This document shows positions 28,400 to 40,292 of a stretch of DNA of 64,000 nucleotides, piece by piece. This stretch comes from the human T2T-CHM13v2.0 reference genome, Homo sapiens. A model generated the notes under the pieces. That model ran no database searches. It saw only the letters and a list, made by a program, of their open reading frames with translations, and was not told the DNA's origin. Made by a program: the position numbers and the translations under genes. The stretch lies in the NCBI RefSeq assembly GCF_009914755.1, contig NC_060929.1, one strand, 5' to 3'. Positions within the stretch are counted from its first letter, which is position 1; each line of letters begins with the position of its first letter.

Positions 28400-30470
28400 C
28401 ACTTGAACTCCTGTGATAGGACTCCATGCCCAATCCTAGCAGGATTGAATTTAGTTTCCATCCACGCTTATCTACTCAAAACCTTTGCTTCAGGAACCCT
28501 CATTCTCTTTTGCATTAATTTTTTACATTGTCTATAAAACATTTTGAAAGAACTATTTTGTTTCTAATGTCTTTTTCCCCCAATATCTTTTAAACCCATT
28601 CCAATAAGTTCTCTTTTCCATTGATCAATTAAATGTATCCACCAAAGTCTCCTATGATCCCCACATTTCTAAATCCAATGATCAATTATCAATCCTTATC
28701 TTCGATTACCCTCAACTGCAGGTGATTTAATTAAAGTGCCTCTCCTCTTTGAAATATGTTCTTCACTTAGCTTCCAGAATACCTCCGTCTCCACAGTCTC
28801 TTCTGTTGACTGTGACCACCCTTTGATGGTATCTCATTTCCTTGACTTTTATATCTGAATCACTCCAGGATTCTGTTCTTAGATCTCATTTTTATCAACT
28901 CTAACTCTCTTGGTGACTTAACAATGCCTCATGCCTTTCCTAAGTATTATATGTGATTGACTCACAAATATTTATCTCCAGCTCTATTATATCTCCTGAT
29001 TTCTAGGCTTATATATCCAATAAAGTTCTTAATATCTCCCTTTGGATTTCTAATAGACATCTCAAACACACATTGCTCAAATTTAAGCACTTGATTTCCC
29101 CCACCTGAATGGCAATTTCGTTTTTCTAATTGCTCAGACCAAGAACATAGGTTATATTTGACTTTATCTTTTTCTCATGCCTCACAGGTAATCTGTCAGC
29201 AAATCCTGTAAGACCAACCTCCAAGATATATTCAGAATTTGGCCACCTCTTACCACTTTTGCTATTACATATTGCCACTGCAGTCCAAGACATCGGTTTT
29301 CCAGTTGGACTATATATGTACTCCTCACCAATCAATCTACTATTTAGACTACTCTGTTCAGGCTATTTCCATAAAAACAAGCAGTGTTTTATTTCAAAGC
29401 ACAAGACAGATCACATTGTACCTCTTCTCAAATATTGCCAGAACTTTCCATCTCCTTTAGAGAAAAAGCAAAATTTCTTAATCCTCACAATGTCTTATAA
29501 AACCATCCATAATCTTGTGACATGTCTCTCAAACTACTTGTCATACTTTGGTCCTCATCATTTTTCATTTTAGGCAATGTATCAATTTCTTCTTGACACT
29601 GTAACAAATCACCACAAACTTAGTGGCTTAAAAAATATTTTCCTACAGGTCTGGAGATCAAAGTCTGAAATCAGTTTCACTTGGCTAAAGCCAAGGTGTC
29701 AGCAGAAATAGCTCTTTCTGAAAACCTTACAGAGAGAAGCAGTTTCCTTGCCTTTTGAGTTTTTTTATGGCCACATGTATGCCTTTTTTCTTATTTCTTC
29801 TTTCATCTTCAAAGTGTCCCACTACAACACCCGCTTCCATTATCACATCATCTTCTTTCCCGAGTCGTCCTGCATTCCCTTATAAAAACCCTCCTGAACA
29901 CAACAGACTCACAAAGGATACTGAAGGATAACCTCCCCTCCTCAAGATCCCCAACCTAACCACATCTGTGAGATCTCTTTAACCATGTAAGGCAACATAT
30001 TCACAGGTTCCAGGGATTAGGATGAGGAGATCTCTCGGGACCATTATTCAGCTGACGACACCCACTGATCATCAGAGATGCACACTGACCTCCCGGCTAT
30101 TTCTCACATGTGACTGGCACCCATCTACCTCAGAAACTCTGCACTTACAATTCCATATATCTGGAATGTTCTTTCCCTAGAGAGCTACATAAATTCATTC
30201 CGAAAGTCTTTTCATGGCTACACTATAAAGCTTTACGCACATGCCCTGGCTCTTATTCTCTATACTTCACTTTTCTGCTGTGGTATTTATCACATCTAAT
30301 GTAAAATATATTACATTTATCATGTTTAATGTCCATTCCTCCACTAGAATCTAAGTTCCAAGATAGAAATAATTATTTTCTGCTTCACTCAATTTTTAAC
30401 TCAAGAGCCTACAACAGTGCCAGCCGTATAGGAGGTGTGCAGTAATAGTGAGTAAATGTTAAATAAAATG
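28400..30470 (+). mobile_element. L2a, long 3' portion, interrupted by an MLT1 LTR
   Basis: ctaaatccaatgatcaatt, aatagacatctcaaac, ccactagaatctaagttcca, and the L2 3' end agagcctacaacagtgcc...ataggaggtg. Confidence 0.85.
29578..30060 (-). mobile_element. MLT1C/D solo LTR
   Basis: tgtatcaatttc...tgtaacaaatcaccacaaacttagtggctt...cacaggttccagggattagga...cattattcagctgacgaca. Confidence 0.88.
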
Positions 30471-30821
30471 CTAAATTGCATGAAAAAACCATATCCAAAG
30501 TCCCTGCCATTATGGACCCCCATTGTGGAAACTCTGTTCTGAAAAAAATACCACCATGGGCTGTTAAGGTTTTGATGAAACACCAAAGGTGGAATCAATC
30601 TCAAGTAGTCTTCCGTATTAACAATTCCAGCTTTAAAATGCCCACTGAATATAAACTGCTGAATGGCTGGTTAGAAAAACAAATTCATCATTTCGAAATA
30701 CGAACTTCTTACTGAGCTTCCTATGTCCATGTGTGGGGACATTATAAAAGTCTCAGTGATTCAGTTTCAAAATCTAGGAGTATTGCCATCTCCTCTAAAA
30801 TACAATTTCAACTTTCATTCC

Positions 30822-32520
30822 TGTCTTAATTCTGCTCCCTTAAGTATGAGGTTCTGAGCAGACAGGCTTGTATGAGCTGTACTGTGAAAGACTCTCGGGA
30901 GCACAGAAAGAAGAATTGGTCAGAAGCCATTAAAATATCATAAATTGCACATGAGAACTCAGTCAATCCTATAGTAGCTCTGGAGATAGAGAGGCCCTTC
31001 AGAGTTACGCCAAAATGTAACAAGGGTATTGGTCTTTGAACTCTTCCCCTCAAGCACATTACCCTGTTATTGAAGAGGATGTGTAATCTTGTATAAAGGA
31101 GCTCTCTTTGGCCAAGGGCTATTCCCAAATAATTCAGCAGCAGGTCACCAGCAGCCAACCATCTTGGGTGCTGGGGGAATGAGAGTCTCTGTCCAGAAGA
31201 GGCGTCTGCTATAGTCCATTTCTTCTGTCACATCATGTAGCAAACCCAACTCATCTGGGAAAAAAAAAACCTACAGCATTCTAGTTTTCCTTGTTTCTTG
31301 GAGAAACAAAAGAGAAAAAAATTTAATAGTACACACTGTAGTCTCTATCACTGTAACCAGCCGGGAGTCCACTAGTGATTATCTTCTCACCCCCTCAAAT
31401 ATCCCACTCAGGGTTCCCCATAATCTTAGCTAGCACCATGCTTGGTCTGTGAGAATTATGTATTGGGGTAACCCAGCCCTCATTCCTGAGGGTTATAAGC
31501 CTCTTTCTCAAGGCTTGGGTGGCTGCATTTGTTTATTTATCAAGAAATTGAAGCTTGAAGAAATGTCCTAGAGCAGAGGTAATTACACTGGGTTCCACAG
31601 GCAAATCCTGTGACTTTGTAAATAAAGTTATATTAGAACATAATCATGAATCTTCTACAGCTATAGCTGTGACCCACAATGCATGGCCTATATATATTAC
31701 ATAGCTCTTTCTAGAAAAAAATTACCATCTTGTGCCTAGAGGATTTGTTCTCTCCTGTACCCAGTGCATAATAGCAGTTCTTGCACATCCTGATAATCAA
31801 TACCAACTATCCTGCCATGTGGCCTTGGAAATGTCACAGTGGCAGCCACACCTTAGAGTTCAATTGTGTTCTCCCCAAGTCTTCTGGTTGAGCATTCCTC
31901 CCCTGGATCACAGAGCCTAGATTTTGGTAACAGAAAGCAGAAATTCCCCAAGTGGATGGCTGGGAGAGACAAGTTGTGAAAGTCCTAATTCTATACTTTG
32001 ATGTTCAAACTGATAAATTTCACCTTTAATGGACACAGCTTGAGATAATAGCTTTTGTTATAGGATGCATACTTCATCTTGGAGGATAGCGCCCCATCCT
32101 TGCAGAGTAACCCCTCCAGTCTTTCACCTCAGCAATGCCTTCAAAATGGTATATTTCCAGTAGCTCTCAGACCTAGTAGTAAGGCCAGTAGATCCTGGAG
32201 GCCTGTGCCCATTGCCATACCTCCTTCAAAGTTTAGCGGTTCTCTCGCTATGAGACAATATTAAACAATACTGTGAAAATATCAGCTTGTGAACCCATGG
32301 ACAGTGGTGCTAGCCGAAGCCCTGCAGATAGAAAAGGCAAAATGGTAGCTGGATATATGTTGATTCTAGTAAAGATTAATGGCTGCTGCTTCTGGGACGA
32401 ACGAAGCCTGATGTAACAAATCTACCACCAAGTGGCTGCTTGGTCTCCTTCAGTGCCAGTGCAATACCAGGGTTTCAGCATGTCTGTTGCTGCCATGTTA
32501 GACAGGTTACTCAGCAGCAG
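30822..32520 (-). mobile_element. LTR16-type LTR (~30822-31210) plus adjacent ERVL (ERV3-16A3/HERV16-like) internal fossil
   Basis: LTR16 motifs (agctctggagatagagaggcccttcagagtt; gctgggggaatgag) followed by an antisense pol/integrase-like segment (ccatggacagtggtgct...gaaaaggcaaa...accaccaagtggctg). Confidence 0.65.
31570..31740. mobile_element. MER58A-like hAT MITE inside the ERVL internal region
   Basis: tttgtaaataaagttatattagaaca...tttctagaaaaaa; cctaga on both flanks, [14 protein letters not shown] an 8-bp NTCTAGAN-type TSD. Confidence 0.6.
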
Positions 32521-32759
32521 TTGCTCCTGAGGTTCTCAGGGACCTAAGAAAGGTTTTGACAACAAAATGTATAATATGAGCTTCTCAATGTGTAATGTTA
32601 ATAATCTTACATCTAGGCAGTGATGATTTATAACCAAATGAGTCAATATGCTGCAGAAGAGTATTCAGGGCTTCCAGGAACACTGTTTTGCCCCTTAGAA
32701 AAGAGGTTAATTAGTAAAAACACATACGGTATGTGTGCTGTAATGCTTACATCGGGCAG

Positions 32760-33286
32760 ATGTGGTGCAGATTAACTCCCCATCTTTCTTCACCTTGGTT
32801 CCTGAAGATTGTCTATATCAACTACCTCAATGGTTCCTTTCCCATGTATTGCCTTTGGCTGTTTGGGTGCCAATAAAGGAATTTGGAGAAAGGAGGATGA
32901 GCTTGGCATATTGATTCTCATACTTCTCTAACTGTGGGACTCCGCAAAGGGCTTTCTCCTTTCAGGTTGCAGGAACCAGCCATTTTGATCCTTCAGTGTA
33001 GAATGACAACAGTCCCAGAATTTCTAATATTAATAATTTCTAATATTAAGTTATGTTATTAAGTCTACTTAAGGGCCACTCTAGCTCCTGGGCTACTACC
33101 ACAAGATTGACTGTACTCTCACTTGCAATGTATGACATTTTAACTCCTTAATATAAGACTTACTATAAATCCCTTGTGGTTTACCTCATCCAAATCTATG
33201 TAATTGATCCACTTATTAAAGCTATCTTCAAAATATCCTATTTTTCATGTTCAATCATTTTCCTGTTGGGATCTTGACTGATATAT
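32760..33286 (+). mobile_element. Old ERVL-class LTR (LTR41-like)
   Basis: 3' end ttttcctgttgggatcttgactgatata is typical of this class. Confidence 0.4.
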
Positions 33287-33684
33287 TTTTAAAAATTGGG
33301 GTGGAGGCATTTAATAAAAATGAAAACCAAGAGATTATTTCTAAGTAACTAAGAAAATGAATAAAAATTTCTAATGAAAATGTTTTGTTGATAATGAAGT
33401 GAGAATATGGGCAAGTGATAAATCCCAATGGATATAATTAGCTGATAATATGTAATCTCCTGCAAGAAAGGTTTTAAGATGGAAACTCCAGGAATACTAA
33501 ATCAAAGTTAGATATAATCTGCTTTTACTGATGTTGTTGAACTACTAATTGTGTATATTAATACCAGAAGAGTGATCCAATTAATTTTTCAAGAATAAAT
33601 CTATACCTTCCTCTACTGCACCCCAAGCAGGCAAATATTTTCACTACTACCCTCTTTGTAATCCCCATCTATCACATCCTGCAT

Positions 33685-34130
33685 CACTTATCTATTGCCA
33701 CAATAATAATACATAATCGATAAAATAAAACAACTCTGGCTTAAACAATAACTGCTTATTGCTCATGTGTACGGAGGCAGCTGTGACTACACCAAGTGGT
33801 TCTGCTGATCTTGGTTGGATTTGCACACATGCTGTCTGGCTGGATGCTGGGTAACTCAGCTATGCTCCACATGGTCTCTCCTCTAGCAGGCTAGCTCTGG
33901 CATGTTCTCATGGCAATGGAAGCACAAGATGGCTCATGAGGCCTTCACTTGGAAACCTGCTGTGTCCTCAACCATATGCTGCTCAGCAAAAACTTTACAG
34001 GGCCAACCCAGATTCAAGAGATGGGAAATTTCTCTACCCCTTAGGGAGAAGAAAAGCAAAGTTACATGGCAATGGAAGGGACAACATAGAGGCAAAAATA
34101 TTGGGGTTCTTCACGCACTCAGTCCACCGT
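33685..34130 (-). mobile_element. MLT1F/G/H-like LTR
   Basis: tatctattgcc...ggcttaaacaataa...gcaggctagc...catgttctcatggc...ggccaacccagattcaag. Confidence 0.75.
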
Positions 34131-35269
34131 GCATGCCTTCTTTCAACCTCATCCTCTATCTCTGCGTCTTTTCCCACCACCCAAAACTCTTATCTTCAAA
34201 ATAAGCATTTCCGTTTTACATGATTGTAACTGTAGTTCCTTCTCATTTGCAAAGAACAGAGACTGACACAAGGAACATTAAGAAGTTAGAATTTACATTA
34301 AAGAGACAGAAAATTGAGCATGAGCCTCAGGAAGAACAGGGCTATATACTAGGTACCAATATAAGGACTTTAAGTTTGGTGCTCAGGTTGTTAAATGCCC
34401 AATCCACTCTCCGACTCTTTGCTTCCTATTTAGATCCATGATTACTCTGTTCCTCTCTCCATGCCAAGATATACCATAGAATGCACTTTCCCTAAGTCTA
34501 AACTCCCCTCTCCCTTACCCCAGCCCTACTAAGTAAGCTTGACTAAGCAGAGAATAACCTTTGGAGCTTTCCGGAGCAGGATGGTAAGTGGCATTGTAAG
34601 TTAAACAGCAGTCAGATGTGGCAAGACTTCTGATAACATCTCTGGTTGTAATACAGATGGTTTTCTCATTATTACTATTATCATCATGAAGACTGCTTTT
34701 CCCTTTTTATGACTCAAAAATTGCTGCATGAAATGAGCCATACAAAGAGAAATTATAAATATCTGATGTGACTTTACACTGTGAGGAAATGTCCTCCCTC
34801 TACTAAATTGTTACTTACTATAACAATAACAGCCATAATGTTAATAGCATTTACATTCCCTCGTTGATTTACAATTTTTATAACACCGCCACATAACTTG
34901 TTTTATTTTTTATCACTGTTCCTAGCTGCAGCTCTTCTATTGCCTGGACACATAAACGTGGGCAAAGTTCTGTCCTGCTCTTGGCCCAGTTTCCAGCAGT
35001 GGCCATGTTCCCGACAGAGCCCCTGCAGGGTGGAAGTTTCCATGAGACTCAGATCCATGTCAGCATTTCAAAGGGGGAAAGTCCTGGAGTGGACTAGAGA
35101 GTCTGAATCAGAGACAGAGAATTACTACATTTTTTTCTATTCATTATTAATCTCAAACATTATTATCACAGTGCATCTGCTAAAACATGTATTTTATTTT
35201 GTATTATTTAAATGTATTAATAGATATGTTTGTATTATTTGAATATTTTTGTGAAAAATTAATGTTTGA

Positions 35270-35560
35270 AACTGGGCACAGTGGCTCACATCTTTCATTC
35301 TTGCACTTTTGGAAGCCAAGGTGGGTAGATTGCTGGAGCTCAGGAGTTTGATACCAGCCTGGGCAACATGGCGAAAAGCCATCTCTACAAAAAATACAAA
35401 AAATTAGCCAAGTGTGTTGACATGCACCTGTGTTCCCCACTACTCAGCAAGGTGAGGTGGGAGGATGGCTTGAGTCTGAGAGGTGGAGGCTACAGTGAGC
35501 CATGATTGTACCACTGCACTCCAGCCTACGTGACAGAGCCAGACCCTGCCTCAAATAATA
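35270..35560 (+). mobile_element. AluJ
   Basis: Dimeric Alu with J diagnostics (ggaggatggcttgag, ggctacagtgagccatgatt, gaccctg). Confidence 0.94.
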
Positions 35561-36097
35561 ATTAGTAATAAAATTTCCACATATTCTTCTCTCAGAGCCT
35601 GAGAGTAGAAGCCAGGAAATTTGAAGTTTAGTGAGTATCCTAGGTGATTCTGATGATTCTTTAGTTCTATCCTATTTGATTCATCAGCAGTATCTGTGCT
35701 AGTGAAGGTTGTCTTTTTCTCCAGGCCACTACATACTTGAAACTGTAACTGGCCACAAAGGCTAGGTCTTAGTAACTACATCAAAACATCTGAGACAAAA
35801 AAGGGCCTCTGCTCCCTTATTTTTCAAAACACACTAAATTTAATATTTATGAACAACAGAACCTACTAAAATATAAATAATTATATCTGTATTTAACTTT
35901 GCATACATTTGCCTACAACTTGTTTTTCAGCTTCGTATTTACTTTCAGAGATGTTGGTGGGGGAAATCTACAAATTGACAGATTTAATGAGAATGCTTAC
36001 TTCACGAAGTTCTTCTGAAGTGAAAGGAACTTTATATCCACTGGGCATCTGGTCCACGGGGGGTAATTTCAAAAACATTATCTCATATACAAGCTGC

Positions 36098-36345
36098 CTG
36101 AGTACAGTGGTCAGGAGGCTGGGCTCTGAAGTCATTAGCCTGAATTCATATCCTGTCTTTCCACTATCTGTGTGACTTGGGAAAGTTACTTAATTTCTCT
36201 ACGTTAATATAATCTCTATAAATAAGGATAGTAAAGTGACTAACCTGATTAGTTTGAAGGGCTATATAAAAAGAATTCAGACAAACAAAACCTGGAGCGT
36301 TTTGACATAGTAAACACAAAATAAATACAAGCTACTTTAATTATT
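36098..36345 (+). mobile_element. MIR
   Basis: agtggtcaggaggctgggctctgaagtca...tgtgtgacttgggaaagttacttaa...catagtaaacac. Confidence 0.8.
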
Positions 36346-36461
36346 TTACAATTACAAACTCTATTCATTATTAATCAGAGGTCTATTTTGATGTATTTTT
36401 TTAAATCAAGCTGACTTGTCATCTGGCTTAATTTAAGATGACTCAGTTAAAAAATGCAGTA

Positions 36462-36802
36462 CAGACGTACCTAAATTAAGGTGATTCAACTGATGTTCTG
36501 TCAACTTTACAATGGTGCGTACATAATTCAGATTCAGTAGAAACCTTATACATTCAACCCTTTTCACTTTCAATATAGTATTCAATAAATTACATAAGAT
36601 ATTCAATATTTTATTATAAAGCAGGCTCTGTGTAACATGTTTTTGCCCAATGACAGGCTGATTTAAGTGTTCTGAACATAAAGGTAAGCTAGGCTAAGCT
36701 ATGAAGTTCAGTAGGTTAGGTGTATTAAGCACATTTTTTAACTTATAAAATTTATGATAGGTTTATCAGGACTTAACCCCATCATAAGTCAAAGAGCATC
36801 TG
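36462..36802 (-). mobile_element. MER47A (Tigger-family MITE)
   Basis: cagac...gagcatctg termini with TA TSDs at 36460-36461 and 36803-36804; body ggctaagctatgaagttcagtaggttaggtgtatta. Confidence 0.85.
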
Positions 36803-37561
36803 TATTAATATAGGGTAAATTTATTTAAGACTGTATTGTAAAATCATAGGCTTTATTACTATTGTCATTCTTTATCATTGATCCTTTGCCTGCATGAGAG
36901 GTGAGGCAGCAAGCTGCCATTGCCAGATCCCACCTCATACTTAGAGGCGACAGTGTGCTGGCAGCCCTCCCAGCCCTCGGCACCTCCTCGGCCTAGGCAC
37001 CCACTCTGGCTGCGCTTGAGGAGCCCTTCAGCCCACCACTGCACTGTGGGAGCCCCTCTCTGGGCTGGCTGAGGCCGGAGTCAGCTCCCTCTGCTTGCAG
37101 GGAGATGTGGAGGGAGAGGCACGGGCAGGAAGCGGGGCTGGGCCAGCATGAGTTCCGAGTGGGCTGGGCTCAGTGGGCCGCGCACCTGGAGCGGCCGGCT
37201 GGCGCCACCAGCCCCAGGCAGTGAGGGACTTAGCACCCAGACCAGCAGCTGCGGAGGGTGTGCCTGGTCCCCCAGCAGTGCCGGCCTGCCACCGCTGCGC
37301 TCAAATTCTCACAGGGCCTCAGCTACCTCCCTGTGGGGCAGGGCTTAGGACCTGCAGCCCGCCATGCCCAAGCCTCCCCCAGCCATGGGCTCCTGCGCAG
37401 CCCAAGCCTCCCCGACAAGCGCCACCCTCTGCTCTGAGGCACCTGGTCCCATCAACCGCCCAAGGGCTGAGGAGTGCGGGCGCACGGCACAGGACTGGCA
37501 GGCAGCTCCGCCTGCAGCCCCAGCGTGGGATCCACTAGGTGAAGTGAGCTGGGCTCCGGAG

Positions 37562-38260
37562 TCTAGTGGGGACTTGGAGAACCTTTATGTCTAGCTAAGG
37601 GATTGTAAATACACCAATCAGCACTCTGTGTCTAGCTCAAGGTTTGTAAATGCACCAATCAGTGCTCTGTGTCTAGCTAATCTAGTGGCAACTTGGAGAA
37701 CCTTTATGTCTAGCTAAGGGATTGCAAATACACCAATCAGCACTCTGCGTCTGGCTCAAGGTTTGTAAATGCACCAATCAGCACACTGTATCTAGCTAAT
37801 CTGATGGGGACTTGGAGAACCTTTATGCCTAGCTAAGGGATTGTAAATACACCAATCAGCACTGTGTGTCTAGCTCAAGGTTTGTAAATGCACCAATCAG
37901 TGCTCTGTGTGGACTTGGAGAACTTTTGTGTCTAGCTCAGGGATTGTAAATACACCAATCAACACTCTGTCTCTGGCTCAAGGTTTGTAAATGCACCAAT
38001 CAGCACTCTGTACCTAGCTAATCTGGTGGGGACTTGGAAAACCTTTATGTCTAGCTAAGGGATTGTAAATACACCAATCAGCACTCTGTGTCTAGCTCAA
38101 GGTTTGTAAATGCACCAATCAGTGCTCTGTGCGGACTTGGAGAACTTTTGTGTCTAGCTCAGGGATTGTAAATGCGCCAACCAGCACCCTGTCAAAATAG
38201 ACCAAACAGCTCTCTGTAAAACAGACCAATCAGCTCTCTGTAAAATAGACCAATCAGCAG
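37562..38260 (+). repeat. LTR12 U3 tandem array (119/103-bp units) with 12 intact CCAAT boxes
   Basis: Unit starts at 37571, 37690, 37809, 37912, 38031 and 38134; CCAAT boxes counted by eye. Confidence 0.92.
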
Positions 38261-38376
38261 GATGTGGGTGGGGCCAGATAAGGGAATAAAAGCAGGCTGC
38301 CTGAGCCAGCAGTGGCAACCTGCTCGGGTCCCCTTCCACAGTGTGGAAGCTTTGTTGTTTCACTCTTTGCAATAAA
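38220..38376 (+). promoter_or_regulatory. LTR12 core promoter (CCAAT, GATA 38277, AATAAAA TATA-equivalent 38285) and LTR poly(A) signal 38371-38376
   Basis: Motifs sit at the positions known for ERV9/LTR12 promoters; activity cannot be read from sequence. Confidence 0.7.
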
Positions 38377-40008
38377 TCTTGCTGCTGCTCACTCTTTGGG
38401 TCCCCACTGCCTTTATGAGCTGTAACAGTCACTGTGAAGGTCTGCAGCTTCACTCCTGAGGCCAGCGAGACCACGAACCCACTGGGAGGAATGAACAACT
38501 CCAGACGGGAGGAACGAACAACTCCAGATGTGCCACCTTAAGAGCTGTAACACTCACTGCTAAGGTCTGCAGCTTCACTCGTGAAGCCAGCAAGACCACG
38601 AACCCACCAGAAGGAAGAAACTTGGAACACATCCAAACATCAGAAGGAACAAACTCTGGACATACTGCCTTTAAGAACTGTCACACTCACTGCGAGGGTC
38701 CGCGGCTTCATTCTTGAAGTCAGTGAGACCAAGAACCCACCAATTCCGGACACAGTACTACTGATTCCTCAGAGAACAAGCCCTAAATCCCCAAAACTGT
38801 GCAATTTAGAATTCTATAACTGAATTATAGTACTCTTGATTAAAAAGAGAAAATATCTAACAATTTTTCTCTTGCCTTCTCCTGAAAATATTTTTTAATA
38901 TTAACTTCTTCATGCTTTGATTTCCAGCATTTCACCATAGAATATCTCCAGGGTGAGAGCTATTTTGCATTTTTAGAGGCCTCCTTAACCTTTTCTCTGT
39001 GGCATTTGAGGAATTCTGACTGCAGTGATCACACAGGGCAAGCAGTAAGGGAAAGCAAGGGCAGTCCTGCCTTTGTCTCTTATTTGTTGCAGTCTTTAAG
39101 GATGAGAGGGAGAAAAGGGCTCTCTGATTAACTTCATGCCTTCAAGTTTCTGCAATCCCATGACATATTGGCGTTCTTTCCTTTTACGATTGCGACTTTG
39201 CTCTTGTACTTCCTTTGCACACTCCTGCAATGGAAAGCTAACCTTTATGCTTTTACAGCCTGATGTGGCTCGGAGTCAAAGCGAAGTTGACAATCAAAGG
39301 CTAGGATGGCATTTGAAAGGAAGACCTTACCAATGGGGCTCACAGTAGGAGCTCTCTAAAGCCCGTAAGTGTACCTTTTGAAACCAGTCTTTTCTGCATA
39401 TCATTTGTGACTAAAATACTAATACTGTTAGTGTTCAAATTTTATTCCAATTCTCTTTAGACTATGTACGCTGCCATTCTCCGTGTTCACAGACCTGATG
39501 TTCAGATCACTGGACAAAGTACTGGGCGTTTATTCTGATTTTATAACCGCTCAATTTCCTTTAGGGTTATTTTACTCATTGATGTGTATTACACAGCCAC
39601 AAGGTGATTACCCATAATGCATTTTCCTGCTTAAACATACTGACAGTAAGACTAGAGATTATAATGTATTCTACTTCTCTGTGGAGATGACAATGCCAAC
39701 CCTTAACCTCTGGGACTTTTAGATACGTGGCAGAGATTTGGTTTGTTTGTTTTGCAGTGCACTCATCTCCTCTCTATCTTCCTCTCACCATCAAGTGCAC
39801 ATGTTAGAATGAAGTCACAATATTCAACACTACTTTTATTGGCTTCATACACAGTAATACCAAATCTATTGTAAATCTTTTTGAGGGGGAGGAAAGATGG
39901 GCAGAAATAGGATGTAAGACAAACAGAAGTGTGGTTATAGGAGGGCACGATTTTCTCTTTCTTTCTTTATAAGAAAAGGTACTGTTGAGACAGAAAAAAA
40001 GGAGAGTT

Positions 40009-40292
40009 GGCTAGGCTTGGTGGCTCATGCCTGTAATCCCAGCACTTGGGGAGGCCAAGGCAGGAGGACTGCTTCAGCTCAGAATTTTGAAACCAGCCTG
40101 GGCAACATTTATGTAAAAAATTTAAAAAAAAATAGCCAGGTGTAATAGCATGTGCTATTACGTTCCCAGCTACTTGGGAGGCTGAGGTGGGAGAATCACT
40201 TGAGCCTGGGAGACCAAGGCTGCAGTGAGCTGTGATTGTGCCACTCTACTCCAGCCTTGGCTGGAGCAAGACTGTGTCTTAAAAAAAAAAAA
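40009..40292 (+). mobile_element. AluJ with a short deletion at the end of the left monomer
   Basis: Dimeric Alu; flanks end in agagtt on both sides (TSD). Confidence 0.93.

Larger units (their letters stand above)
36941..38754 (+). mobile_element. LTR12-family (ERV9) solo LTR, 1814 bp
   Basis: Starts t(t)agaggcgacagtgtgctggcag; GC/CpG-rich U3; tandem caccaatcagc repeats; U5 repeats; ends caattccggacaca; 4-bp TSD atac/gtac. Confidence 0.97.

Noticed and set aside
33018-33052. 16-bp tandem duplication aatttctaatattaa
   Set aside because: Ordinary slippage in AT-rich DNA
36941-37594. CpG-island-like patch with ORFs 37148, 37173 and 37364
   Set aside because: It is the GC-rich U3 of LTR12; the ORFs are by-products
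37562-38260. Regularly spaced repeats resembling a CRISPR array
   Set aside because: The intervening sequences are themselves repeated, there are no cas genes, and it is the known U3 array of a primate LTR12
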